A stretch of 64,000 nt of DNA from Eubacteriales bacterium. GTDB taxonomy: Bacteria; Bacillota; Clostridia; Oscillospirales; CAG-272. This document shows positions 63,955 to 64,000 of the stretch, in pieces; within the stretch, counting starts at the first letter, position 1, and each line of letters starts with the position of its first letter. The stretch is from contig JAZKYL010000113.1 of assembly GCA_045612105.1 (NCBI GenBank), forward strand, positions 122,315-186,314, written 5' to 3'. The translations under genes were made by a program, and so were the position numbers. The notes under the pieces are model-generated. The model made no database searches. It was given only the letters and a program-made list of their open reading frames with translations, and was not told the DNA's origin.

Positions 63955-64000
63955 AAATTAAGCCATATTGAAGGCAAGGAACGCCTTGTGAGCAGAATAA

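Noticed and set aside
1-64000. Mobile elements, prophage, defence islands, toxin-antitoxin pairs
   Set aside because: I recognised no integrase, transposase, recombinase, phage structural or replication genes, terminal inverted repeats, tRNA-adjacent att sites, or defence-type ATPase, nuclease or TIR/Sir2 domains in any frame. The AT-rich left edge alone is insufficient.

Overview
This 64-kb segment looks chromosomal and reads like a spore-forming gut Clostridia (Firmicutes) genome. That placement is an inference from GGAGG-type Shine-Dalgarno sites, dpaA/dpaB, gene content and roughly mid-40s %GC judged by eye. I support about 55 protein genes. Most are housekeeping: glgB, nadE, alaS, rpe, ispD/ispF, rpiB, tsaB/tsaE/tsaC, hslO, ldh, nagB, prfA, rqcH, coaW, dpaAB and a ParC/GyrA-like subunit A. 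Sugar-handling accessory genes are interspersed: an AraC-linked catabolic island at 1.9-11.4 kb, a GH36/raffinose-synthase-like gene, rhaB, several Gfo/Idh/MocA, SDR and TIM-barrel enzymes, and two giant uncharacterised glycosidase-like proteins. I saw no rRNA or tRNA genes, CRISPR arrays, transposases, integrases, phage genes or recognisable defence systems, so I do not claim a novel multi-gene system. The four most interesting signals follow. (1) A ~122-nt three-hairpin element occurs three times, always ending exactly at the SD and ATG of an unrelated gene (ispD, a 944-aa GH-like gene, a UPF0340 gene). Substitutions are confined to loops and one stem change is compensatory, and I cannot match it to a known RNA family from memory. 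(2) A 1663-aa lipoprotein carries a perfectly 204-bp-periodic array of His/Cys3 mini-domains plus BspA-type LRRs, with a 202/204-identical internal tandem duplication. (3) A probable cobalamin riboswitch controls a DUF4430 lipoprotein and an ECF S-component. (4) The AraC-linked island combines lactonase, aldolase, dehydrogenase, DegT-aminotransferase and oxidoreductase genes with a 1065-aa unknown protein. All calls come from reading the sequence and ORF track by eye, with no searches run. Hairpin and promoter coordinates are approximate to +/-3 nt.
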